Shown here: positions 38,851 through 47,905 of the stretch, piece by piece
Numbering within the stretch: the first letter of the stretch is position 1
Layout: the number at the start of each line of letters is the position of its first letter
Assembly: GCA_046318155.1 (NCBI GenBank)
Contig: JBKCUU010000023.1
Span: forward strand, 1 to 57,228
Length of the DNA: 57,228 nucleotides
Reading direction: 5' to 3'
Source: Bdellovibrio sp.
Lineage (GTDB): Bacteria > Bdellovibrionota > Bdellovibrionia > Bdellovibrionales > Bdellovibrionaceae
The notes under the pieces: generated by a model
The model's input: the letters and a program-made list of their open reading frames with translations, nothing else
Database searches by the model: none
What the model was told of the DNA's origin: nothing
Position numbers and translations under genes: made by a program

Positions 38851-39758
38851 TTGTTAAACTCCACCGTCGACTTGTGCGGAGATTGCAAAGACCCCGGGAG
38901 TTCAAGTCTCACGGCAAAGCCTTGGGTCAGGGCCAAGAACTCGGCGCGGCCGCCTAAATGCTTGGTGAGTTTCTTGACCAAGAAGAGTCCAAGCCCCGTC
39001 CCGCTGGTTTTGTGGTGCCGGCGAAACAACTCACCCAACTGATCGAGGTGACCTTGGTAGCCTTTGCCGTCGTCGCGAATGGTGAGCTTGATCATGGCCC
39101 CTTGAGTCTCGACGTCGATCCAAACATTTTCGGCTTGGCCATGCACAATGGCATTCTGAAAGAGATTCTTGATCAAGCTCTCAAGCGCGCGGCGGTCCAC
39201 CCGCAAGTACGCCTCGCTCGACAAATGCACCTGCACCGGAAACTGCGGCGCCAGTTCAGACAAAGTGCGCGAGAGGGCAAGGGTTTCGATTAAAAATTTA
39301 TCTTCATCGGCCCGGGCGACCCACAGAGAGTTTTCGAGCTGAACTTCGAGTTTACCCATGTCCTCGAGCAGGCGCAGGGTGGGGCCGGCGCGCCCTGATT
39401 TTTTGAGATCTTCTTGCAGCCCTTCAGCTTGAAGACGCAGGCGCGAGAGCGATGTTTTAAGCTCATGCGAGAAGACGGCAAAGAACTGCCGGATTTGTTC
39501 CGACCGCTTTCGTTCTTGAAAGATAAAATAAAACAGACCGATGCCGCCAAGCAAGAGCGCGATGATGATGGTGATCAGCTCGTAAGCCACCATTTTATTG
39601 TGCTTCCAGATTAACAGAGCTTCGGGTGTCGCCAACGCTTCGATCGAGCGAAAGAGCCGCGCATGAAAAATCAGCAGCCAAACCGCGAGCGCGACCGTAA
39701 AGATCATCCACACGACCGTCAGAGCCAGTTTAAAATCCCAAGCTTTTTCTCGGTTCAC
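38847..39758 (-). CDS. Sensor histidine kinase with short two-TM input
   Basis: SHELKT, NA..H, DDG.G, GTGLGL. Confidence 0.92.
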   Translation of the reverse strand: MNREKAWDFKLALTVVWMIFTVALAVWLLIFHARLFRSIEALATPEALLIWKHNKMVAYELITIIIALLLGGIGLFYFIFQERKRSEQIRQFFAVFSHELKTSLSRLRLQAEGLQEDLKKSGRAGPTLRLLEDMGKLEVQLENSLWVARADEDKFLIETLALSRTLSELAPQFPVQVHLSSEAYLRVDRRALESLIKNLFQNAIVHGQAENVWIDVETQGAMIKLTIRDDGKGYQGHLDQLGELFRRHHKTSGTGLGLFLVKKLTKHLGGRAEFLALTQGFAVRLELPGSLQSPHKSTVEFNK

Positions 39759-41038
39759 AATTTGACCTTGGTCAAGGCGCGGGCAAAAGCCGCGAGCGTT
39801 TCATTTAAAATCAAATCGGTATGAGAGAATGACAAAAATCCAACTTCGTAACCACTGGGGGCCAAATAAACGCGCTGTTCAAGCAAGGCATGAAAAAGTT
39901 TAGCGAAGTTTTCTTTTTGTCCTTGGGGAATTTGGCTGAGGTGGCGGATGGGTTTGTCTGAGCGCCCGTGAATCCAAAACAAAGATTCATAGTTGGTGAC
40001 TTGAACGGGCGCATCGTGCTTGTTAAACAAGGTTTGAAGCTCTTTGATAAAGTTCGTCGTGCGAGCCTTGAGCACCTCGTAGACTTTGTTTTTTTCGATC
40101 TGTTCAAGGGTTGCAAGTCCCGCCCGCATCCCAATGGGATTGGCGCTGAGCGTACCGGCTTGATAAACGGGACCGCTGGGCGCGACCCAATCCATCAAGT
40201 CTTGGCGTCCGCCGTAAGCCGCGACGTTGAAACCACCGCCCAAGACTTTTCCGTAAGCAACGAGATCTGGCTTGATGTTCACAAGTCCCGCCATGCCTTG
40301 CGGGCCCACGCGAAATCCCGAAATCACTTCATCAAAAATCAAAAGCGAACCGTGCTGTTTTGAAATGTCGCGCAAAAAACGCAAAAACTCCGGGCGCTGG
40401 ATCAGCAATCCGTAATTGGCGGGGACGGGCTCAACGAAGATCGCGGCGATCTGTGACCCATATTTTTGAAACAACTCGGTCACGGCTTTTTCGTCATCAA
40501 GCTCCGCCACCAGAGTCTCGCCTGCGGTCTCTGGAGAAACACCGGCAGAGTCCGAGCTGGCCAGTCCCGCCAGTCCGCTGCCGGACTTGACCAGCATGGA
40601 GTCGACGTGGCCATGGTAGCAGCCATTAAACTTGAGCAAGTATTTGCGTCCCGTTGTTGCTTTTGCGAGCCGGGCCAAACTCATCACCGCTTCGGTCCCT
40701 GACGACACAAACCGCAGGCGCTCGACAAACGGAATCCAAGACTGAATTTTTTCGGCCAAGGCGAGAGAGTAAGGCTCGCAGGCACCAAAGCTCCAGGCGG
40801 TATCGATCATGTCCAGCACGGCCTTTTGCACTTCGGGATTGCGATGACCCAAAATCAAAGGTCCAAAGCTTTGGCAGAAGTCGATGTAGACATCACCTTC
40901 AACCGAGGTCAGGTGCGGGCCGAGCCCTTTTTTAAAAAAGATCGGTGTGCCGCCAACACTTTTAAAGGCCCGAACGGGGCTGTGCACGCCGCCAGGGGCG
41001 ACTTTTTTAGAGCGCTCAAAAAGTTCACTTGAGTTCAT
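39755..41038 (-). CDS. hemL: Glutamate-1-semialdehyde 2,1-aminomutase
   Basis: PGGVHSPVRAF, SGTEA, YHGH, DEV..GFR, YQAGTLS. Confidence 0.96.
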   Translation of the reverse strand: MNSSELFERSKKVAPGGVHSPVRAFKSVGGTPIFFKKGLGPHLTSVEGDVYIDFCQSFGPLILGHRNPEVQKAVLDMIDTAWSFGACEPYSLALAEKIQSWIPFVERLRFVSSGTEAVMSLARLAKATTGRKYLLKFNGCYHGHVDSMLVKSGSGLAGLASSDSAGVSPETAGETLVAELDDEKAVTELFQKYGSQIAAIFVEPVPANYGLLIQRPEFLRFLRDISKQHGSLLIFDEVISGFRVGPQGMAGLVNIKPDLVAYGKVLGGGFNVAAYGGRQDLMDWVAPSGPVYQAGTLSANPIGMRAGLATLEQIEKNKVYEVLKARTTNFIKELQTLFNKHDAPVQVTNYESLFWIHGRSDKPIRHLSQIPQGQKENFAKLFHALLEQRVYLAPSGYEVGFLSFSHTDLILNETLAAFARALTKVKL

Positions 41039-42527
41039 AAAAGGATCTCCAGTCGTGTTCACCTAAGAAAATTTGATCATTGCCGGGCTCGCCAAGCGTC
41101 GACGCCAAGTGCGCGCGCGTGGCCCCGAGTCCCGAGCTGTGGTGTTTATGTTTTATTTCGGGCGCCCAATTCACTGCAGAATCAAACAAAGTGCCCGAGT
41201 GCCAAAAAAAGTGGGTCGCGGTTTTGAGCTTCGCAAAAGTTGCCGGCTCAAGAGTGGTTCGGGGCACCAAGCGGTAGGTTGTGACTTTAGAGATCGCGTC
41301 CTCGGGAGCCAGATCATGGCTCAGTTTTGCCCAAGATACTTTTTGACCGGCCAGTTCATCAACATTGGGACGGGACTCGCCCCAGCCCTCGGCCGAGCCA
41401 TTCACCCACACGCCTTTTTCCGCAAGCGTCTCCCAAGTCGCAAGACCTGAAGTCCAAATCAATTGCGCTTGTTCGCGGAAACGCTCGGACCAGGCGCGCT
41501 TGTGACTCACAAAAAAAGCGGTTGCCGAACTCGGGCTTGATGACTCTTGCACGTCAAAAAATTCCTCGGTGCGAAACGCCGCGAGGTGGTGTTGATCGAC
41601 CAAAGCCTTTAGCAAGGACTTCATTGAGGACTTCTCGAGCCACATTTTTTCGACCGGCTCATCTTGCGGAGGTGCTCCCATGACAATCTGAATTGTTTGC
41701 CCTTGGGTTTTCATTTGCAGCGCACCCAATTTGAGATGGCACCCGCCGCCAAAGGCGGCGAGCTGCGAGCGTTCCCACTGGGCTGCCGCAAACGTGTCGG
41801 GGCAGTGAATGGCTTGCAACAATTGGTGAACATCGTTGCGGTCTTTGCGAATCTCGATGGCGAGGGCACCTTGAGCGGGCGCTGGCGGCTGAATCTGCCA
41901 AGGAATCACCATGAAATTGCAGTCATTCAAAACTTTGCGAAGTCCTTGCCGCGCTTCCAAGAACTCGAGCTGTTCACTCGAGAGCAAGCGGTCGAGCGCC
42001 GCTTTGGCGACAAGCAAGGCTTCGCCTTGACCTTCGTGAAGTTTCAAAAGACGGGTGGGAATGTTGCCGCGAACCGAATGAAACTCAAGTCCCGGTGTTC
42101 CTTTGGGGGCAAGACGAGTCCAGGCTTTTTGCAAAAAGTAAGAGCGGCGAGGCGACGAACTTAAAACGCGAAACAGGCTGCGGCTTTCGTTAAAGGCGGC
42201 TTTGCGCACGAGCAAAACATCGCGGCTATCCGCGCGCTTCATCGTCGCGGCGACAAAAGTTTTGCTGCGAACTTCAGTGGGCAAGTCTTTCCACGAGTGA
42301 ACGACCATGTCGAACTCGCCGCTCTCAAGGCCCGAGACGAAGTCTTCGGTAAAAACGCCTTTCTCGGGCATTTGCCAGAGGGGATTGACTTGATTGAGGT
42401 CTCCCAGGCTTTCGCGAAAATGAAATTGGACTTGCACCTGGGGGTGAGCTTCTTCGAGAGCAGCGCCGACTTGATAGGCTTGCAAGCGGGCCAAATCCGA
42501 TTTTCGCGCGGCGATTACGAGACGCAC
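41025..42527 (-). CDS. hemC: Hydroxymethylbilane synthase with C-terminal HemD-like extension
   Basis: R.S.LA..Q, KGVFT, VHSWKDLP, SS.RR, RGNI.TRL, GGC; about 200 extra C-terminal residues; GGAGG SD. Confidence 0.9.
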   Translation of the reverse strand: MRLVIAARKSDLARLQAYQVGAALEEAHPQVQVQFHFRESLGDLNQVNPLWQMPEKGVFTEDFVSGLESGEFDMVVHSWKDLPTEVRSKTFVAATMKRADSRDVLLVRKAAFNESRSLFRVLSSSPRRSYFLQKAWTRLAPKGTPGLEFHSVRGNIPTRLLKLHEGQGEALLVAKAALDRLLSSEQLEFLEARQGLRKVLNDCNFMVIPWQIQPPAPAQGALAIEIRKDRNDVHQLLQAIHCPDTFAAAQWERSQLAAFGGGCHLKLGALQMKTQGQTIQIVMGAPPQDEPVEKMWLEKSSMKSLLKALVDQHHLAAFRTEEFFDVQESSSPSSATAFFVSHKRAWSERFREQAQLIWTSGLATWETLAEKGVWVNGSAEGWGESRPNVDELAGQKVSWAKLSHDLAPEDAISKVTTYRLVPRTTLEPATFAKLKTATHFFWHSGTLFDSAVNWAPEIKHKHHSSGLGATRAHLASTLGEPGNDQIFLGEHDWRSFYELK

Positions 42528-43408
42528 AGATCCTCCCAGCCTAATGGTCGAAACCACGCTTTTTCATAGCGCAAGGCCGAGAGTTGTACCACCACCCTGT
42601 GGATGTCATGTTTCAAAGCGTTAATCCTTTCTTGATTCTGTTGAATCTCAGAAAAGAGATCTTTCAAATCAAACAGAGCCGGGCGCAGTGTCGATGACAA
42701 GGCGGTCTCCATACTGCCAGGAGACACAAGCCTGGCGCGGTCCTCTTGCGAGCCTTTATCGCGGAGATCAATCCATGAGTTTTCACAATTTTCGAGCAAG
42801 TTCGAGAGCTCTGTCTCCTCAAGTGGGGCGGCGACCAACACCCACGAATCTGCCTCGGGCTTTTCGCTTAAAGCTTTAACCGGCAAACCCGGAAATTTAG
42901 ATTTTGATTTTTGTGGGTTGCGCACCCAGAGATCGGTTGGGTTCGTCGCGAGCCAGGGCAAAAGCGATTCGGCCAAGAGCCCAGCGCCCAAGATCGTCAC
43001 GCTTTGACCTTGCGGAATTTTTTTGCGCAACAATGAACCATAAGACTGCGACGTGTGCCCACGCAAATAGTCGGTGCGGATTTTTTTGGTATCTTCAAGC
43101 AAACCTTGCCCCCAAGGCTTAAAAAAAGAAAACTGGGGGTTCAGACTCATGGTTGCCAAGAACTGTTTGAATTGCCCCAAGATTTCGGTTTCGCCAAACA
43201 GCGGAGATTTGAGGCCGCAAATGGTCTCGAGCAAAAAGCGGTAAGCTTCAGGTCCGCGTAAAACACAAGGGTCTTGATCGATGTTTTCAGTCTCAGGCTC
43301 AATCCAGATTTTGCGCAGGCAGGTTTCAAACAAAAAACCCTCGCTCACCAAAAGCTCGGCGGCGCCAGTTTGTCCCTTCACGTCGTGGCGGATTTGAAAC
43401 CCAAACAT
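42515..43408 (-). CDS. hemA: Glutamyl-tRNA reductase, short divergent form
   Basis: TCLR, GL.S...GETEILGQ.K, ILGAG; first gene of the heme operon. Confidence 0.8.
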   Translation of the reverse strand: MFGFQIRHDVKGQTGAAELLVSEGFLFETCLRKIWIEPETENIDQDPCVLRGPEAYRFLLETICGLKSPLFGETEILGQFKQFLATMSLNPQFSFFKPWGQGLLEDTKKIRTDYLRGHTSQSYGSLLRKKIPQGQSVTILGAGLLAESLLPWLATNPTDLWVRNPQKSKSKFPGLPVKALSEKPEADSWVLVAAPLEETELSNLLENCENSWIDLRDKGSQEDRARLVSPGSMETALSSTLRPALFDLKDLFSEIQQNQERINALKHDIHRVVVQLSALRYEKAWFRPLGWEDLCVS

Positions 43409-43415
43409 CGTGCTC

Positions 43416-43458
43416 AAACTAGCAAGGAAACAGCGCGCAATTGTCACAGATTTGTCAC
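43416..43458 (-). promoter_or_regulatory. hem operon promoter with OmpR-type direct repeat
   Basis: TTGTCAC-N4-TTGTCAC (43441-58, 11-bp period); extended -10 TGcTAGTTT 7 nt before the hemA ATG. Confidence 0.55.
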
Positions 43459-43583
43459 CAGACCCCGCTTCGTTTCGTTTTGCGATCAATCTGTTTACTG
43501 CTAGGATTCACAAAAAGAAGCGAGCGCCCGATCGGTTCATGCCGCGTTCCCTTCCTGCCTGTGCAAGCCAAGAGGAGTTTTGG

Positions 43584-44105
43584 ATGAAAAAAATAATGGT
43601 GATCGCTCTGTGTTTGGCTTTGCCTATGAGCGCGTGGGCCCAGCGCCGAGCCTCTTCGGGATCGACCACCAGTGGCGATTGGCGTTTGACCTACGATTTG
43701 GGTGCGAGCACGGGGACTTATGGCGGCGCCAGTTACAGCGAGATCAATTTAGGTTTGAACTGGTATTTTGCTGACTGGATGTCATGGCGCAATGCCGTCT
43801 TTACCCGCCAAGGGACTGGACAGAACACCTCGGGATTAGACACCTCTTTGCGATTTGAATACAACGACGTGGGCGAGAATTTTGGCGTCAAAGCCTTTGC
43901 AGGGCCCGGCTACCGTTTTGCTTCGAAATCTTTATCAGCAGCCTTTGCCGAAGCCGGCCTTGTGTTTAAATTGGGCGGAGTTTCGATTGGTGCGGGTGCA
44001 AAGACCATGGTGTACACGAGCCCCGGTGAAGACTCGGTCGGCGGGGCCTTGCCAAAACAAGACACCAGTTACTTTTTGATTTTGGGCGGCGGCGGGGTTC
44101 TTTGA
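43584..44105 (+). CDS. Small outer-membrane beta-barrel-like protein
   Basis: GAGGAG SD, signal peptide AWA, Gly/aromatic-rich beta strands. Confidence 0.65.
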   Translation: MKKIMVIALCLALPMSAWAQRRASSGSTTSGDWRLTYDLGASTGTYGGASYSEINLGLNWYFADWMSWRNAVFTRQGTGQNTSGLDTSLRFEYNDVGENFGVKAFAGPGYRFASKSLSAAFAEAGLVFKLGGVSIGAGAKTMVYTSPGEDSVGGALPKQDTSYFLILGGGGVL

Positions 44106-45388
44106 TGATGCAGCCAATGCCCATCGAGATTTTAGGTGCGGTGCTGTTTGCCTGCGCGGTCCTTCATACTTTTTTAGTCGGCCGCATTCTTGATTTTTCT
44201 CGGCGTTTTCCAAAAGGTTCACCCACCGAATCGATTTTGCATTTTTTGGGTGAAATTGAGGTTGTCTTTGGGGTGTGGGGCGCTTTTCTCTTGATCTTGA
44301 TGGGTGTGAGCCAAGGGTTTGGCTCGGTCGTTGAGTATCAAAACCGTTTGCATTTTACCGAACCCATTTTTGTTTTTTGCATCATGGTGATCGCCGCCAC
44401 CAAGCCCGTTTTGTGGTTGGCGCAAAAGCTGATTCAGTCCATCTCGGCGCTGCTGGCCAAGGCGACGCGGGTGCCGCAAACATTGATGGATATTTTTGTG
44501 CTGCTAGTTCTGGGGCCTTTGTCAGGAAGTTTGATCACCGAGCCCGCCGCGATGACCGTCACGGCTTTGCTTCTGGCGCGGATGGTCCACAAAGTCGACG
44601 CCAAATTGATGTATGCGTTGCTCGCGGTTCTGTTTGTGAATGTTTCAATCGGCGGGGCCTTGACCCCCTATGCAGCGCCTCCGATTTTGATGGTGGCGCA
44701 AAAGTGGGGCTGGGATTTGGCCACGGTTTTTGGTTATTTTGGCTGGAAGGCGGCTGGCGCTGTCATCGTCAACTCTTTGTGTCTGACTTTTTATTTCAAA
44801 AAAATTCTACAGACGCACGTCCAGCCCTTGCGCAAAGTCAGCGATGCCGAGCAAATCCCAGTGGGTGTGATCTTACTGCACTATGGATTTTTAGTGGTTC
44901 TGGTTTTGTGCGCTCATTACCCCGCGCTCGCGATGGGTGTCTTTTTATTTTTCCTAGGAATGACGACGGTCACAAAAAAATATCAAGATCGAATTCGGCT
45001 CAAAGAAGCTTTGCTCGTCGCGTTTTTCTTGGCCGGGATTATCGTCTTTGGGCCTTTACAGGCGTGGTGGCTCACGCCGCTCTTGCAATCAATGGGTCAA
45101 ACAACTTTGTTTTTAGGTGCCACGGCACTGACGGCCATTACGGACAACGCCGCCCTGACTTTTTTGGGCTCCCAAGTGGAGGGCCTATCTGAATCGTCGA
45201 AATATTATTTAGTGGCAGGAGCGATTGCGGGCGGAGGACTTACGATCATTGCCAATGCCCCCAACGCGGCAGGCTTTTCGATCTTGCAAGACAAGTTTCA
45301 AGGCGGCGTCCATCCCGGTCGCCTTTTGATGGCGGCCATTCTTCCCACTCTTGTCGCTCTTTTATTCTTAAGCTTCTTGCCCGGTTGA
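44105..45388 (+). CDS. Putative Na+/H+ antiporter (DUF1504)
   Basis: HFLGEIEVVFG.W, TEPAAMT, NVSIGG, TDNAA, GGGLT.IANAPN. Confidence 0.88.
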   Translation: MMQPMPIEILGAVLFACAVLHTFLVGRILDFSRRFPKGSPTESILHFLGEIEVVFGVWGAFLLILMGVSQGFGSVVEYQNRLHFTEPIFVFCIMVIAATKPVLWLAQKLIQSISALLAKATRVPQTLMDIFVLLVLGPLSGSLITEPAAMTVTALLLARMVHKVDAKLMYALLAVLFVNVSIGGALTPYAAPPILMVAQKWGWDLATVFGYFGWKAAGAVIVNSLCLTFYFKKILQTHVQPLRKVSDAEQIPVGVILLHYGFLVVLVLCAHYPALAMGVFLFFLGMTTVTKKYQDRIRLKEALLVAFFLAGIIVFGPLQAWWLTPLLQSMGQTTLFLGATALTAITDNAALTFLGSQVEGLSESSKYYLVAGAIAGGGLTIIANAPNAAGFSILQDKFQGGVHPGRLLMAAILPTLVALLFLSFLPG

Positions 45389-45471
45389 ACGAGGGCGGCC
45401 ATTAGTAGACCAACTGTGATGGCCTCAAACAAAGTGCACAGCTCTCCCGCAGGAGAGCGTGCCCGAAATGA

Positions 45472-45681
45472 TTACTTCGTTTCAGTTGTCTCTTTTTTGC
45501 CGTGTTTCTTTTTGCCGTGCTTTTCAGCCTTAACAGCTTTGGCATCCGCGTGCGTGCCGTGATCAGCAGCAGGAGCCATCGCTGCAGCGGGAGCTGCGGG
45601 AGCGGCAGGTGCTGCAGCGGGATTAGCTGAAGCAACAGAAACAAAAGCCAAAGCGGCAAGAACAGTCATCAATGATTTCAT
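45472..45681 (-). CDS. Small secreted Ala/Pro- and His/Lys-rich protein (Asr-like)
   Basis: AAGGAG SD, signal peptide ASA, APAAPAA then KHGKKKHGKK. Confidence 0.7.
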   Translation of the reverse strand: MKSLMTVLAALAFVSVASANPAAAPAAPAAPAAAMAPAADHGTHADAKAVKAEKHGKKKHGKKETTETK

Positions 45682-45735
45682 GTGAAATCTCCTTTTTGTA
45701 GAGAGCCCCCTGCGGGCCTCTCTGGTGTTGAGAAC

Positions 45736-45780
45736 AGCATAGGTCATCAGGTTAAAACTCGTCTTAAAAGGGAGTTAAAA
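45736..45780 (-). promoter_or_regulatory. Putative response-regulator box and -10
   Basis: Three TTTTAA direct repeats (11-12 bp apart) upstream of TATGCT on the minus strand. Confidence 0.4.
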
Positions 45781-47250
45781 ATTTTTTATCTCAAAATGAA
45801 AGATCGCTCCTGCGATAGAACCATCTGAATTGACTTGGTTTTCGGCCCAGAGACGGCCTTTGTGAAGCTGCGCAATCTGAGAGGCAATCGCAAGACCTAG
45901 ACCATAGCCCATCACCGGCTTTGAGCTGGGCGGTGAGCTCCCACGGCGAAAACGCTCAAAGATCAAACCTTGGTCGGCCGATGAAATTCCGGAACCTGAA
46001 TCCGTCACCGTCAGAATTTGAAAACGGGGTGATTGTTCGAGCGCAACCGAAACCGATCCGCCGTCAGGTGAGTACTTCAAAGCATTTTCGAGCAAGTTCA
46101 AAACCAAATGAAAAAGAAGATCTTCGGCGCCGATCAGTGCGGCTCGTTCGCTGGGCTCTGCCGAGTGGATGTTAAATGATATTCGAATCTGGCGAGGACG
46201 CGCCAGTTTTTCGGCCCGACCAATGGCCTCAAGGATGACGTCTTCGAGAAACAAAGAACTAAACTGCAAGCGAGATTGCCCCGCGTCTACTCGGGCCAAC
46301 AGCAAAAGATCCTGCACCAGTTTCGCGAGGCGATCGACCTCTTGCAGGAGGCTTTCAATCTCATTGGCTGACCAGTGGCCCTGGCGCTGCGCCTGCTCGA
46401 GCTCGCCCTTTAAAATTGTCAGCGGAGTTAAAAGTTGATGAGACGCATCGGCGACAAAGCGCTCTTGGCTTTGAAATGATTTCTCGAGCCGGTCCATCAT
46501 ATTGTTGAGCGTGACCGCGAGGGAATGAACTTCGTCTCGAGCTGCCGGCAAAGGGAGTCGCTCTGATAAACTCGTCACGCCAATGGCCTGCGATTTTTCG
46601 ATCATCGAGGTGATCGGGCGCAAGGCTCGCCACGCCAAAAAATAAGAGGCGACGGCGGCAAATAACAAAATGAGCGGGATCCCGAGTTCAAAGGCCCATT
46701 TTCGCTTGGCCAGCTGATTTTCGAGCAAAGTCATCGGCACCGCGATTTGCAAAATCAATTGCGGCGGCGAGCTGGTATCAACTGCAAAACTAATGGCTCG
46801 GTAACTCTCGGCCTCTTTGGACGGAAGGCCCTCGATCTTGTTAATCGTGCGGTAAACGGCATCTTCGCCTTTCGATAGACCTTCGACTTCACGGTTGTAA
46901 GGAAGCTGAAATTCACCGAAGTCGCCGACTTGCTCTAAAATCTTGCCGTTACGGTGACGAATTTGAATCAGCGCCGTTCCTAAAGAGAAAGGGTAAATTT
47001 TAAACCGGTCAAGCTGAGGCGGCGCGAGCGACAAATCACCAGAGGGATCCAGAGTCACCGACTCGGTCACATCGACGGCATAGTTGTAAAGTGCATCGTC
47101 AAATTCTTTTTGCAGCGAGTAAGCGAGGTACTCAAAAGTCCCCACACCGAAAGCAATCAGACTGGTGCCAAAAATCACGACAAACAAAATTGAGAGCCTG
47201 AGCCGAATCGAAACGCGGCGGGTGAGGTTACGGAGATTCTTTAAGAACAT
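45775..47250 (-). CDS. HAMP-domain sensor histidine kinase
   Basis: DEV..LA..LN.M, DASHQLLTPL, NALKY, DSG.GI, GYGLGL. Confidence 0.92.
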   Translation of the reverse strand: MFLKNLRNLTRRVSIRLRLSILFVVIFGTSLIAFGVGTFEYLAYSLQKEFDDALYNYAVDVTESVTLDPSGDLSLAPPQLDRFKIYPFSLGTALIQIRHRNGKILEQVGDFGEFQLPYNREVEGLSKGEDAVYRTINKIEGLPSKEAESYRAISFAVDTSSPPQLILQIAVPMTLLENQLAKRKWAFELGIPLILLFAAVASYFLAWRALRPITSMIEKSQAIGVTSLSERLPLPAARDEVHSLAVTLNNMMDRLEKSFQSQERFVADASHQLLTPLTILKGELEQAQRQGHWSANEIESLLQEVDRLAKLVQDLLLLARVDAGQSRLQFSSLFLEDVILEAIGRAEKLARPRQIRISFNIHSAEPSERAALIGAEDLLFHLVLNLLENALKYSPDGGSVSVALEQSPRFQILTVTDSGSGISSADQGLIFERFRRGSSPPSSKPVMGYGLGLAIASQIAQLHKGRLWAENQVNSDGSIAGAIFHFEIKNF

Positions 47251-47905
47251 AACCAACGCCCACCAGAGTTTGGATGAGCTTCTTCGGAAAAGGCGCATCG
47301 ACTTTTTTGCGAAGCAAATTGATGTAAACGTCGATCACGTTGGACTCGCTGTCAAAGTGGATGTCCCACACGTGCTCGGCAATGTTCACGCGGCCTAGGG
47401 GGCGCTCGGCGTTTCGCATCAGATACTCGAGAAGCGAAAACTCTTTGGCCGTCAGAGAGATTTCGGTTGTTTGGCGTTTGGCTTTTCGGCTGATCAAGTC
47501 GAGTTCAAGATCGGCGTACCTGATCGAGGAGCCCGCGACCGAACCAGGTTTACGGCGCAGCAAAGCGCGTACACGCGCGAGCAACTCATCAAACGAGTAA
47601 GGCTTGGTCAGGTAGTCATCGGCACCGGCATCAAGGCCGTGCACTTTATCTTTAGTCGTCGAGAGGGCGGTCAGCATCAGAATGGGGCCCTCAAAGCCAT
47701 CGCGGCGCAAATGCCGGGCGGTATCGATGCCATTTTGATCCGGTAGCATTAAGTCCAAAACGATCAGATCGTAATCGTTTTCAGATGCGAGAGTTTCGGC
47801 CGAAATGCCACCTTCGGCGATGTCTGCTGTGTAGCCGACCTCGTTCAAGCCACGCTTGAGAAATTGAGCCATTTTAAGTTCATCATCAACAACAAGAATT
47901 CTCAT
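47228..47905 (-). CDS. OmpR/CusR-like response regulator
   Basis: GADDYLTKP, SNVIDVYINLLRKK. Confidence 0.95.
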   Translation of the reverse strand: MRILVVDDELKMAQFLKRGLNEVGYTADIAEGGISAETLASENDYDLIVLDLMLPDQNGIDTARHLRRDGFEGPILMLTALSTTKDKVHGLDAGADDYLTKPYSFDELLARVRALLRRKPGSVAGSSIRYADLELDLISRKAKRQTTEISLTAKEFSLLEYLMRNAERPLGRVNIAEHVWDIHFDSESNVIDVYINLLRKKVDAPFPKKLIQTLVGVGYVLKESP

